From Synechococcaceae cyanobacterium SM2_3_1 (lineage in GTDB: Bacteria; Cyanobacteriota; Cyanobacteriia; Thermostichales; Thermostichaceae), in contig JAAUUJ010000002.1 in the NCBI GenBank assembly GCA_012030715.1, positions 4,966 to 68,965 on the forward strand: a stretch of DNA of 64,000 nucleotides, given 5' to 3'. Positions within the stretch are counted from its first letter, which is position 1. Each line of letters opens with the position of its first letter. The translations under genes were made by a program, and so were the position numbers. Of this stretch, positions 11,801-22,652 are shown in pieces. Under the pieces are notes generated by a model. The model was not told the origin of the DNA. It was given only the letters and a program-made list of their open reading frames with translations, and searched no databases.

Positions 11801-12099
11801 ATGATCAGCCTCGCCTGATCAAGGAACTATCGACAGGAGATCTTTTTGGGGAAGAAGTTCTCTTTGATCACACACCACATTGGGAGGGGGCGATGGCGGC
11901 AGAAGAGTCAACCCTACTGAAGCTGGAAAAAAGTCGCTTTGTCAGCCTGATCATGAAACAACCGCAGATGGTGATGGAAATGTGCCGATTCTTGAGTCAG
12001 CGACTGCGAGAGTCCGATCGATCTCAGGTCATGCGTAAGCTATTTGCTCCTGAAATAGAGAATAGAGACATCCGATCAGGTCAGGCTATTTCTCTTTAA
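8857..12099 (+). CDS. multidomain membrane protein: MFS/nucleotide-translocase-like polytopic N-terminus, HEAT repeats, C-terminal cyclic-nucleotide-binding domain
   Basis: ORF track 1080 aa. The first ~420 aa contain at least 10 hydrophobic helices. HEAT/PBS-lyase-like repeats follow (DPLVRVAALNVLG, DEDPRVQEKAAVVLA, NPDVVNAAIAAIG). The C-terminus has a cNMP fold (ERIYEEGSWSTHLYIIADGKIHITK...GDLFGEEVLF). The GTG start is uncertain. Confidence 0.7.
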   Translation: MHLCWVPSFLLVIKQDTDRRLNLSIWKAGRLSLILAIGIATMAYCILAMNAANSLFLSHVGAELLPICFILLGLFSAGAYIAITPLLDNISRPKLFQYTFIFSTVLAVALRGLLFLDQTPVYFLTSIYAFFQFDLFINILYPSLVKDYFTTLEYKRYASYIGIAQASGILLGGTVTILLSNVISTADFFPGLTGLCVITLALVSYLRTTQRPIDNIKSASKVNLINSLKSAPYLFKRYPLSIFLASSSFLFILIYILSEFLWFSIYDEHLEGAALTEFLGQIRIASSGLQIVVLFFFTRPLLRQLGVTRMNVVYPLTTLAALFSILWKPELRSAIALNLNGDSLAKCISTPVHQLNFNAIPAEVSGRVRALSDGLVYATGLTLAGGLLWVAHSLLTLQQITWIGVGLGIVSLLLRLPMGRLYVQGLEDMIRSNALNLDDVNLQLPAQSSSVIRELLSETDLRTQIKGLELAAALRSPGQFLPEIESLLSSQNLEVRRALVQLFKSHADNDALRYFESLLESERAAVRSLALEILFLYRYPFTQEQISSDLQDPDPTIKFIGVVIAMASGINSYEAKQTFQQLLQRAPFPEAAAYAVIRMVEASQDRELMPLLLEVINAGSGLMKRSGLLVLSGMSPPEDLMLAEFALHELGSPDPLVRVAALNVLGITHCQQVITEIGECLGDEDPRVQEKAAVVLATYGKPGLNLAQKSLTSSNPDVVNAAIAAIGKVRTRAASDILYQHLTPDFQLVAESHRWLQQLPQTDPSWQPLALAIEDFHQRLIQKVLYVLACLGYPRTVSLVKRALNTKDAKEFANAVEVLASRNHRRFILPILPVLEQAGGVEQPQPKVYITRKWLRTKGYKLLFEALEAKDRWITVAALVALAMVPTTLMRDPDPLIQHVASETFQLTSQFSLQNNTLMNRILFLKKVGLFHNMLLDELLLVDNLLEQQHIPSGERIYEEGSWSTHLYIIADGKIHITKTIDDQPRLIKELSTGDLFGEEVLFDHTPHWEGAMAAEESTLLKLEKSRFVSLIMKQPQMVMEMCRFLSQRLRESDRSQVMRKLFAPEIENRDIRSGQAISL

Positions 12100-12172
12100 A
12101 TCAAGGCTTCAAAAAACACCGATGCTAACCTGCTTCCAGTAGGTAGACTGTGGGCGTGAAATCATAGTTCGA

Positions 12173-15100
12173 TCAGCGGTTTGTAAAATGGTGCGGGTGC
12201 GGATCTTGATCATCAAGAGGTTGAATCGGCAAAAAGACCTGAAAGGTGGTTAGGTTTGATTGGCTTTTCAACTGAATCTCTCCTCCTATACCGAAAACCA
12301 TTTCCTTAACTAGTGCCAAACCCAGGCCAGTACCACCATATTTCCATGGATCTATAGTAGGAACTCGATAAAACTTATCAAAGATCTGTTTTTGAGCATC
12401 CAATGGAATCTCAATGCCTGAATTCGTAATCTCTATGATTATTTGGTCAGATTGTTTTTTGACGGACATCCGAATAGTCTCGCCCTCAGGAGTATACTTA
12501 AAAGCATTATTCAGGAGTTCTAGTAAGATACGTTCAAGGTAATTTAACTGAGAAATAATCGAGGGAATATTTTCATTTATCTCCACAGTAAAGTGTATTG
12601 ACTGTGCATCTGCCCTTATGATAAATGGCTCAATAAGTATTGGGATCAATCTTTGGAGTGAGACAACACTTAAGGGGTGAGATTGTAAAGTGGAAGACTG
12701 TAATCTTGATAGTTCTAAGAGGTCATTAATCAGTCCAATCTCACGTTGAGATTCTTGGTTTAACACACGAATGTATTTGTGCAAGCTAGTTGATTCACTA
12801 TCAAGCATTCCCATTTGCCTAAGTCGAACCTCAAGCATGTTGGCTGCCATTCTGATGCTTGTTATTGGGGTTCGCAATTCATGTGAAACTGTTCCAATAA
12901 ATTCATCTTTAAGTGAATTCAATCTTTCCAGCTCTTTTACTTGCTCTTGTGCTGTACAATAGAGTTGTGATTGTCTCAAGGCAATTGCAGTCTGTACGGT
13001 GATCTGCTGTAGAAAGTTCATTTCCCATTCTTGCCAAACATGAGCAGTATGATCATAAACTGCAAGCAATCCCCATGTGATTTCGTCAATTTGGATCGGA
13101 GAAAAGAGATATGATTTTGCAGGTATTTTCTCCAGCAAGCTTATATATGAATGGTTAACATCAATAAGGTCTATATCGTTTATCACTAATAAATCTTGAT
13201 ACCAAATCCCCATATCTTTTTGCTTGTCAGTAAAAATATCTAGCCATCTTTGAGATAAATTCCTTAGATCTATAGAGGAACGCTCTTCACTTGTTGATTC
13301 ATTGATACATACGGCACTTCCATCAGAATTGAATCTATAAACAAGTATACAAGTCTTGAGTAAGATCTTCTGTGTCTCGTCAAGTAAGGTAGAGAGAGTT
13401 TCTTCAAAGTTGAGGGAACTGTGTATTGCTTGGATGATTGTGCGCAATGATCTTTCACGATCTGCTTGAGCTAATAAGGCTGAAGTACGCTGTCGGACTC
13501 GGTGATTGAGTTCTTGATTAAGGTGCTCTAGCTTTTGCTCAGCTTCTTTTATTTCTGTAATATCAGCAGCTGTACCGACAAGTTTAACTACATCTCCCTG
13601 TGCATTTATAATAGCCTCACCTCGGCTCAGAAGGAAACGAATAGTACCATCAGGCTGATGGATCCGGTGTTCTACCTCATAAGGCCTCCCATCTATAATA
13701 GCCTGATCAACGGCTTGACGAATGATAGCCCGATCCTCTAAAACTGTGATTTCAAAAATATCTGGGTAGAGAGGGATCGTACTCTCTGGGGTCAACCCTA
13801 ACATCACAAGCAACTGTTCAGACCAGACACTGGTTCCCGTAGATAGGTCGAATTCCCAGCTACCTACATTGGCAATTCGTTGAGCTTCTCGTAATGCGTC
13901 TGTTTTTTTCTGTACCTCACGTTGCAAATCCTGGGCATAAGTAGCTTTGAGTTGGTTCGCCTGCTTCACCTCAGTGATCATGCGCCGAAAAGATTGGACA
14001 AAGGTTTCAATCTCAGCAATAGCACTGGAGGGGACTGATAAATCCAGAGAGTTGTTTTGCGTAAATGCTTGTGTAGATCTGGATAAGGATACAAGAGATA
14101 TTCTGATATCATTCGAGATCCATAACCCTACAGCAATCGTGCTGATTAAGGCAAGCAATGACAACATCACTGTGCGGCGTGCATTGGCTTGGATCTCACC
14201 TGTAAATTCTGACTGCGGCCAGATTACAACAATCTGCCATTGGATCTCATCACCAAGCCGAAAGGGAGTAATATGACCAAAATATGTTTGATTATCAGAT
14301 CTAAACGCTTGATCTGGACTGTTTATAGATATCGCTTGCTGTAATGTCCAACGAGTAGCAGCCCTAGTAATAGCATTCTCACTTTCTAAGGCAGGTATCT
14401 GGAGCTGCATTGGATCCAATAAATTAAGCACTTCTGGATCAGGAAGTTGACGAAAAGGGAGTTCTCCTGTTGAGGTGGCAATTAGGATGCCCTCTGCATC
14501 CATAATAAAGGCTTGCCCATTTGGACCAAGATCCAGCCCCTTTAAGTAATCACCCAGCTGATCCAAATGAGAACTGGTACTGAGCACACCGCGTGCCACT
14601 CCCTCAGGATCTGTAAAGGGAACGAAAAAAGCATTCATCAATATCGGAAAGTCCTTCCCTCTCACCAGAGAGACAACAGGTCTCCAGAATCCTAAATTCG
14701 ATGCCTGTGCGGCAGGGTACCATGGATTTCCAGGGGGGCTGTTATGAGGATCAAAGTTTGGAAGTACCTCTTTAAGGCTGATCTCTTCTCCATCTGCGGT
14801 GGCAGAATAACTCTCAAGCTCCCCCGATTGAGGATTCCTGCGACGAATGACCCTCTGATTTGCTCCAATTCTGCCTACAGCTAAAAAGTCTCGAAACTCA
14901 GTTGAGATCATCAATCCACTAAGGCTTGGATGGATTTTCAGCTGATCCAGAAAAAATGCTTCAACAAGCAATTGGTTTTCCCAATCCAATACGCCTAGCT
15001 GGACTGCAGATTTGAGTTCATTAGCAATCGACTGATTGAATTGAAAATAAGCCTCGAGATTTTGACGAATACTATTTCCACTTTTTGCCATCAACTGCTG

Positions 15101-15256
15101 TGCAAGACTCTCAATCGAACGATGACCACTTTCATAAGCGAAGAATCCCACAAGCCCGGCTATTCCAACCACCTGAATCACGAAGGGCAGTGTGAATGCA
15201 AGACCTAAAGGGATCTGACGATTACCAGACACTAACCTGGAAAAAATCGAGCGCAT
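12173..15256 (-). CDS. sensor histidine kinase (TM, Cache-like periplasmic region, HAMP-like linker, PAS, GAF-like, HisKA, HATPase)
   Basis: ORF track 1027 aa. It has an N-terminal TM helix and a second TM near residue 360, a PAS region (NVGSWEFDLSTG...), H-box GTVSHELRTPITSI, N box LLNNAFKYTP and G box GGTGLGLALVKEM. GC is very low (33-40% in sampled lines). Confidence 0.85.
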   Translation of the reverse strand: MRSIFSRLVSGNRQIPLGLAFTLPFVIQVVGIAGLVGFFAYESGHRSIESLAQQLMAKSGNSIRQNLEAYFQFNQSIANELKSAVQLGVLDWENQLLVEAFFLDQLKIHPSLSGLMISTEFRDFLAVGRIGANQRVIRRRNPQSGELESYSATADGEEISLKEVLPNFDPHNSPPGNPWYPAAQASNLGFWRPVVSLVRGKDFPILMNAFFVPFTDPEGVARGVLSTSSHLDQLGDYLKGLDLGPNGQAFIMDAEGILIATSTGELPFRQLPDPEVLNLLDPMQLQIPALESENAITRAATRWTLQQAISINSPDQAFRSDNQTYFGHITPFRLGDEIQWQIVVIWPQSEFTGEIQANARRTVMLSLLALISTIAVGLWISNDIRISLVSLSRSTQAFTQNNSLDLSVPSSAIAEIETFVQSFRRMITEVKQANQLKATYAQDLQREVQKKTDALREAQRIANVGSWEFDLSTGTSVWSEQLLVMLGLTPESTIPLYPDIFEITVLEDRAIIRQAVDQAIIDGRPYEVEHRIHQPDGTIRFLLSRGEAIINAQGDVVKLVGTAADITEIKEAEQKLEHLNQELNHRVRQRTSALLAQADRERSLRTIIQAIHSSLNFEETLSTLLDETQKILLKTCILVYRFNSDGSAVCINESTSEERSSIDLRNLSQRWLDIFTDKQKDMGIWYQDLLVINDIDLIDVNHSYISLLEKIPAKSYLFSPIQIDEITWGLLAVYDHTAHVWQEWEMNFLQQITVQTAIALRQSQLYCTAQEQVKELERLNSLKDEFIGTVSHELRTPITSIRMAANMLEVRLRQMGMLDSESTSLHKYIRVLNQESQREIGLINDLLELSRLQSSTLQSHPLSVVSLQRLIPILIEPFIIRADAQSIHFTVEINENIPSIISQLNYLERILLELLNNAFKYTPEGETIRMSVKKQSDQIIIEITNSGIEIPLDAQKQIFDKFYRVPTIDPWKYGGTGLGLALVKEMVFGIGGEIQLKSQSNLTTFQVFLPIQPLDDQDPHPHHFTNR

Positions 15257-15401
15257 ATCAACTTATCGCAACCATATAGTCATCTATCCATGTTAATTAT
15301 TTCACTGTTTTTCCTCCTGTGGGTTAAATCATGTCCGGGGATGAACGGGTTCCCAACAATGTCAAAGGATTTATTGGCTTGGTGGCATTGAGTGAACACT
15401 G

Positions 15402-16685
15402 CTAAATAGCCAGAAGTCGCTGCATTGTCTCTAACAACTTCTTCGGATCCACAGGCTTGGCCAGAAAGTCGGTAGAACCCACCATCTTGGCCCGCACCCG
15501 ATCCACGACCCCATCATTGCTGGTCAGGATCACCACCGGAACCGACTTGAGGCCTGATACCCGTCGGATCTGGGCACAGATCTCATAGCCGTTGACCACA
15601 GGCATCATCAAATCCAGCAGGATCAGGTCCGGCTTATGTTTGAGCAGCTGCGGAATCGCCTGCAAGGGATCCTGAATACTCAGGAGTTGGCATCCAGTCG
15701 GTTCCAGCACAAGCTCCAACTGTTTAGCCACCATGGCACTGTCGTCAATGCAGACCACCAGAGGTTTCTTCACCTGGGGCTGAGGTTGCTGGGGTCGAGG
15801 TGGAGGGGGCAGTGAAACCGGATCAGTGACGATGCCAGTTGTGGGGCTTTCTTCAGGATCGGGAGATTGACTGGGTTCCACCAGAGCCATGATCCCGGCA
15901 GCCACATAAGGAAAGAGAGCCTCTGCCAGGGTCACCAGTTCCTGTTGAAACTTGATCGCCAGGGTCCGCAACGAGCGCTGACCATTCACATAGGTGCTCA
16001 ACAGCTGGAAGGTACGCGCCGTGGTCTGCTGGCGGAGCACATCTGAGCGTCGGATCAGAGGAGCACAATGGGGTGAGTAGGTGGCCAATCCTGTCGCATA
16101 CCAGCCCTCCCACTGCTGTTGCGCCTTCTCCAGAGCCTGTTCTGAGCGGATTAACGTCAGGGGAGCATCCAGCTTGTCATCCGCAATCAGGATCCCCGTC
16201 AAACCTGTTTGGGAGGCTTGGGTATCCTTGAGGTTATCGAAAGTCTGAAGCAGATCAAAGAGACCCTCGATCACCACATCTTCCACCAGGGCCACCAGTT
16301 GCTCACGAGTCAGAGCGTGTCGCTGCAACAGTCCGGTCAAAATCGCATATTCCGGCAGCCGACAGTGCTTGGGGGTGAGGATCTCCAGTTCCACGACATC
16401 GACGTTGGGGTAGTACTGACTTAAAACTCGCCGCCACCGCTGCGTAGGCTGAATGCCCTTTGAGATCCAGACCAGGCGTCCCAGGCAGAGGTGAAGACTC
16501 CAGGTGGTCTGGTGGGTGTGAATCAGATCAAGCCGTCCCGTAAACCGGGTGGTACTCAGACGTTGCAGGCAAGTGGAGAGATCAGCGCGATTGCAGATCA
16601 GGAATGACTGTAGAATCTCAGACTGCCCTCCTTGGGCAGGTGAAGGAACGGGACTGAAATGGGCTGCCTCTGAAGCATGGCGCAT
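15402..16685 (-). CDS. PatA-type response regulator (N-terminal PATAN/DUF4388-like domain, C-terminal receiver)
   Basis: The ORF is 15402..16832. I prefer the internal ATG at 16685 (MRHASEAAHF). The N-terminus contains FTGRLDL...WSLHLCLGRLVWISKG..PTQRWRR. The C-terminal REC reads LVVCIDDS...DLILLDLMMPVVNGYE...ILTSNDG...FLAKP. Confidence 0.75.
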   Translation of the reverse strand: MRHASEAAHFSPVPSPAQGGQSEILQSFLICNRADLSTCLQRLSTTRFTGRLDLIHTHQTTWSLHLCLGRLVWISKGIQPTQRWRRVLSQYYPNVDVVELEILTPKHCRLPEYAILTGLLQRHALTREQLVALVEDVVIEGLFDLLQTFDNLKDTQASQTGLTGILIADDKLDAPLTLIRSEQALEKAQQQWEGWYATGLATYSPHCAPLIRRSDVLRQQTTARTFQLLSTYVNGQRSLRTLAIKFQQELVTLAEALFPYVAAGIMALVEPSQSPDPEESPTTGIVTDPVSLPPPPRPQQPQPQVKKPLVVCIDDSAMVAKQLELVLEPTGCQLLSIQDPLQAIPQLLKHKPDLILLDLMMPVVNGYEICAQIRRVSGLKSVPVVILTSNDGVVDRVRAKMVGSTDFLAKPVDPKKLLETMQRLLAI

Positions 16686-17547
16686 GATGAACTCCAATGC
16701 GAAACCTGAACTGCAACTGAGGTTGTCTATGCCTGGAACTTTAGCTGGGGGATCAACTCTCTTGATCTGCAAGAATCGGCAGCAACAAAAGCTCGAGGAC
16801 CGAACAGAAGCAGAAGCTAAATGTAGCAACAAGCACTACAAATGCCATCCTCTACCTCTAAATCTCAGTCAACATGTGAACAATCTCAGACTATCGCAGC
16901 CTCAAGCATAAAGTTATCCGCCAATGCGCGTATTTCTACGTATTAAAGTAAAATTCTTTATACAAAATAAAAAAAGAACTCTAACCTGAGTTGATTCAGT
17001 CCGAGATCCTTGCTAGATAGATATTTGGCCCGCATCACCATGATCAAGGCAGGGCGTTAACTATCTGTATACAGAACAATAGTAAAGATCTTGTAAAGGC
17101 CAGAAGTTCTTAAGGATTAAGGCTTTGCCTTGATCTCAACCCCTAGAAACTCATGCCGAGCTTTTGTGGAAAGATCCGCCAATCCTCTCTGTGGATCCAC
17201 GGATATTTAATGCTATATTCTCGGGTGTTGGTTATCGGGAAACACGAGGTCAATGATCATGTGGGACGGAGACTATCGCGGTTACCGCGTTGCTCAACTC
17301 CTCTCTGAGCTGTTGGGGGGAGAAGAACTGATCAGTTTTACCCTGCACTGGACAGAAGAGGGTCAAGCTCAGAAAGCAACCTGCCCTATGACGCTCTCCA
17401 ACACGGATCGACCCCAGTTGGAAACTCACATGCATGCTTCACGAGTGCTCTAATCCAGTTGCTTGCTTCGCTCTCGCTGTTTCTGTGACCTGGACGGGGA
17501 TTACCAGGGGATCCAACTCCCGCAACTCAGTAATCCCCAGATTGAGC

Positions 17548-17754
17548 TCAGCTAGCAACCTTGTCACAAGAGGTTTTTGTGCACTTGATCACCCCAGACA
17601 ATAACGCCTCTTCCAGCTGATCCATGTGCTGCATATCCTCGGGACTGACCTGACCATAGAGAAATTGCTGGTTAATAAGTTGCTGGTGATCGGGGCTCAG
17701 GTAACCCGTGGCCAGAGCAGTCTTAACAATGGACTGGATAGATAGGTTAGTCAT
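17548..17754 (-). CDS. small hypothetical protein (68 aa)
   Basis: Inside ORF 17548..17838, the internal ATG at 17754 is preceded by GAGGAG. The product is MTNLSIQSIVKTALATGYLSPDHQQLINQQF.... No family recognised. Confidence 0.45.
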   Translation of the reverse strand: MTNLSIQSIVKTALATGYLSPDHQQLINQQFLYGQVSPEDMQHMDQLEEALLSGVIKCTKTSCDKVAS

Positions 17755-17979
17755 GGGACTCCTCTGTAGGAACATCCTTAATTCTGGCTTAACCTCAAGA
17801 AGGAGAATAAGGCTAAAACAACTAACTTTACTGCGCAAAATAGCTTAACCCGCTCTTAACCTGATGTGGGGTTGTGTGTCTCTGTCACAGCCGGACTGTA
17901 GATCTCCTCATCCAGAGGATCGGCCTATCTGCAGTATGCTCTGAAAGCACAGTACAACTTTGGGCTGAGGAGAGGAAAA

Positions 17980-18582
17980 ATGCACAAGCTGGTGTGCTTG
18001 GTTGCATGTGTTCTGGGAGTGAGCTGCTCAGCGGGCACAGGATCGGATGACGCTAACAGCAGTAGCCTGGAAGGCAGCCCAACCGATGGTCCTGTAAGTA
18101 ACATTGAAGACGTCGTCTGTCTCAGTGATGGCTCTGGGTTCTTCCAAGCAACCCTCTCAGGTGATCTAAATCATCAGTTTGATCTGGCCAATGGGGATGT
18201 CATCTGCTCAGGTGTGAATATCCCTGGCGGTACAGGCTTTAGCGTGGGCATCTCCGCTCAGCTTGAGGGAGAAGACGTGATCTTTTCCTTCACTCTCAAA
18301 GAGATTGGTCGGGGGCAGTCTCGGGCAGACATTCAGGGGCGACTGACCATGAATACCGCTGGTAAAGCTCCTGGTTTCTGGTCTAATGAGCTGGGAGATT
18401 GCCGCTTTGAGGTCACCAGTGGGGAGACACTGACCACCACCGCTGTTGGAGATATTGTTAAGGCCACAATTGAGGGCAATTGCAGCAGCCTTGCACCCAG
18501 TGCTTCCGCATTTCCTGGCAGTCAATCCCCGGTAGAAGTCAGTGATATTGCGATGTCGGTGCCTGTGGTCTGGCAACCTTAA
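17980..18582 (+). CDS. putative secreted protein or lipoprotein
   Basis: ORF track 200 aa. It has an N-terminal signal peptide, MHKLVCLVACVLGVSCSAG, with a Cys in lipobox-like position. AGGAGAGGA lies upstream. Confidence 0.55.
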   Translation: MHKLVCLVACVLGVSCSAGTGSDDANSSSLEGSPTDGPVSNIEDVVCLSDGSGFFQATLSGDLNHQFDLANGDVICSGVNIPGGTGFSVGISAQLEGEDVIFSFTLKEIGRGQSRADIQGRLTMNTAGKAPGFWSNELGDCRFEVTSGETLTTTAVGDIVKATIEGNCSSLAPSASAFPGSQSPVEVSDIAMSVPVVWQP

Positions 18583-18788
18583 GCCACTTTATTTTCTCTC
18601 GAGGGCTGCTGGTTGGAAGATCTTTAACTGGAACTAAAGCAATCAGGCATGAATCGTGAGCAGCAGCTAAGGCTATTTTTGTCTGTAAATAAGCTCTTGA
18701 GGGATCATAGGTCTTCTATATTTCTATATGATCTCTGATTTCCATACCAACAAGTGAGAAGGTTGCTTGCCTTTTAAGAACCAGAATC

Positions 18789-18816
18789 AAAAAAACCCCA
18801 CCGAGATCCAGTGGGG
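18789..18816 (-). terminator. rho-independent terminator downstream of groEL
   Basis: On the minus strand there is a CCCCAC / GTGGGG stem (18796-18801 and 18811-18816) with a 9-nt loop, followed by a run of seven T (A7 on the + strand at 18789-18795). It lies about 40 nt after the groEL stop. Confidence 0.6.
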
Positions 18817-18857
18817 TATTCCATCTTGAGATGTTTAATCGATCAGAGCAACGACCA

Positions 18858-20507
<1,650 letters not shown>

Positions 20508-20578
20508 TCAAAGACTAAACGCTACTGTTCCTGAACAAGATGAAAGCCTTGCTCCGAGTGATCCAGGAAACTGCAGAG

Positions 20579-20890
20579 TTACTGAACAATTGCCAGAACG
20601 TCCCGCTCCGACAGCAACACGTAATCTTCGGTTCCCAGCTTGACTTCGGTGCCAGCGTACTTGGAGTAGAGAACCCTATTGCCCACAGCAATTTCGAGAG
20701 GCACCAGATTGCCATCATCGTTGCGCTTGCCGGGGCCAACAGCGACCACCTCACCCACCTGGGGCTTTTCTTTGGCGGTGTCAGGCAGGAAGATGCCCCC
20801 AGCCGTTTTCTCGTCCTGGTCGGAGATCTTGATGAGAACCCGATCTCCCAGGGGCTTCAATGTAGATGCATTCAGCGTTAATGTTGCCAT
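20579..20890 (-). CDS. groES: co-chaperonin GroES
   Basis: ORF track 103 aa. ...[44 protein letters not shown].... It lies immediately upstream of groEL. Confidence 0.97.
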   Translation of the reverse strand: MATLTLNASTLKPLGDRVLIKISDQDEKTAGGIFLPDTAKEKPQVGEVVAVGPGKRNDDGNLVPLEIAVGNRVLYSKYAGTEVKLGTEDYVLLSERDVLAIVQ

Positions 20891-20981
20891 TCGTATTCCT
20901 CCTCCGTGATCTTGAGAGCACGAAAGTAAAGTGACAGGGTCAGAGTGTGTTCAATGTCCTCTGTGCTGGAGAGTTAATCAA

Positions 20982-21008
20982 TTAGCACTCTCACTGCACG
21001 AGTGCTAG
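20982..21008 (-). promoter_or_regulatory. CIRCE operator (HrcA binding site) upstream of groES
   Basis: TTAGCACTC-TCACTGCAC-GAGTGCTAG matches the consensus TTAGCACTC-N9-GAGTGCTAA with one mismatch. It lies 92-118 nt upstream of the groES start. Confidence 0.8.
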
Positions 21009-21136
21009 TCTATCAGTCTGATTTTCCTGCTGACAATAGTTATGGGCGGATCCTGCAGCCATGGATTCAGTACGGATTCCTCTACTGTTGGTCGGAGGAC
21101 CGTACCATGCAGGGAAAGAAGCAGGAGGAAATAACG

Positions 21137-22039
21137 ATGAGTCAGACCCCTGTGGCCGTGATCGGGATGGGCACGATGGGTGCACCGATGGCCCGCAATC
21201 TTCTCCAGGCTGGCTACAAAGTGACGGTGCATAACCGGACCCGCGCACGGGAAACCTCTCTGATCCAGGCGGGAGCCCAGGCGGCAGATTCTCCAGCCCA
21301 GGCGGCAGCTGCTGCGGAGATCATTCTCATCTGCGTCAGTGATACCCCTGATGTAGAGGACGTGCTGATGGGGGATCAGGGGGTGATCCGGGGGGCAACT
21401 GCGGGTTCGCTGGTGATGGATATGTCCACCATCAGTCCCACTGTGACGCGCACCCTGGCCCAACAGCTGGCAGCCCAGGGAATTCAGATGCTAGATGCCC
21501 CCGTTTCGGGCGGCTCGGAAGGGGCAGAACAGGGCACCCTCTCGATCATGGTGGGGGGAGAAGCGGAGCAGGTGCAGCGGGCTATGCCAGTGTTATCCGT
21601 CTTGGGCCGCACCATTACCCATGTTGGACCGATCGGCGCGGGGCAACTGACTAAGGCAATCAACCAGATTATTGTGGCGGGGACCTACTGGGCGGTGGCC
21701 GAGGGGATCACTCTAGGCTTAAAGGCAGGGTTGGACATGGAGAAAGTGATCCAGGCCGTAGGCAATGGGGCTGCGGGATCCTGGGGATTAACGAATCGCT
21801 CCGACAATATGATCCGGAACCAGTACCCCCTGGGATTTCGGGTGCGTCTGCACCGTAAAGATCTTTTAATTGCTCTGGAAGCAGCCCGCGAGTTAGGGGT
21901 AGCCCTGCCAGCCGCTGCCCTGGTGGAGCAGATGGAGACGGGATTGATTGGCCAGGGGTTTGGGGATGAAGATATCTCGGCTCTGGCTCGCAGTCTGAGG
22001 CAATGGTCTGGACTGGAGGATTCAGCCCCGGAGCATTAA
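21137..22039 (+). CDS. NAD(P)-dependent oxidoreductase, 3-hydroxyisobutyrate / 2-hydroxy-3-oxopropionate reductase family
   Basis: The ORF is 21002..22039. The conserved start is MSQTPVAVIGMGTMGAPMARNL (Rossmann GxGxxG) at ATG 21137, preceded by AGGAGG. Family motifs are present (DAPVSGG, GAGQLTKAINQ). Confidence 0.85.
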   Translation: MSQTPVAVIGMGTMGAPMARNLLQAGYKVTVHNRTRARETSLIQAGAQAADSPAQAAAAAEIILICVSDTPDVEDVLMGDQGVIRGATAGSLVMDMSTISPTVTRTLAQQLAAQGIQMLDAPVSGGSEGAEQGTLSIMVGGEAEQVQRAMPVLSVLGRTITHVGPIGAGQLTKAINQIIVAGTYWAVAEGITLGLKAGLDMEKVIQAVGNGAAGSWGLTNRSDNMIRNQYPLGFRVRLHRKDLLIALEAARELGVALPAAALVEQMETGLIGQGFGDEDISALARSLRQWSGLEDSAPEH

Positions 22040-22652
22040 GGAGGCGGCCATGCTGTTTGCGCAGCATTTCTGGCCCCCCACCATCTCTGACAAGTCACCT
22101 GCTTCTGATGGGGATCAATTGATGCTGCCTTGAGGATCAACAGGTGAGGAGCAAAGGCCTTATCGTCCAGATATTGAGATCTTCAGCAAGTCAACAGTAA
22201 GACAACAAAAATGTTGTAATTAAGCTTCCTGAAAATAATCTCAAGAACAGTCAAATGTAGCAGGTAGAACTTGACGAAATCATAGTTGGCTTATCTAGCC
22301 CTGGAGATGAAAACCGATGCTGTTGCTATCCTTCAATTTGCTATTACAAAGCATGGAATCTTGTAAAGAATGATCATAGCTTCCGGACTCTGCCTCTCTG
22401 GGTTTCTAGGCTATAGTAAGTTGTCAGGAGACGAAATCACAACGATCAGGAATCTCAGGCTTGGGTTAGCACCTTGAGAACGAAGTTACATCTATTTTTT
22501 TCTCTTTCTTAACTTTTTAACCAGGCTGAACGTCGAATTCTCAGGATTTTAATGAATCTCTACAGTGCGGCAACCCTGAATCGCTGAGTTCTAGATGATG
22601 TCTCTGACCTTATGAATGGTTAGCCAACGACCAATCAGGGAGAGAGGGTCCA

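Noticed and set aside
17250-17453. Two mutually overlapping small ORFs on opposite strands (66 aa on +, 61 aa on -) in the AT-rich region upstream of the PatA-type gene
   Set aside because: The + strand ORF (MIMWDGDYRGYRVAQLLSELLGGEELISFTLHW...) has a weak GAGG upstream and could be real. I recognise no family and cannot discriminate between the strands, so it is not reported as a feature.
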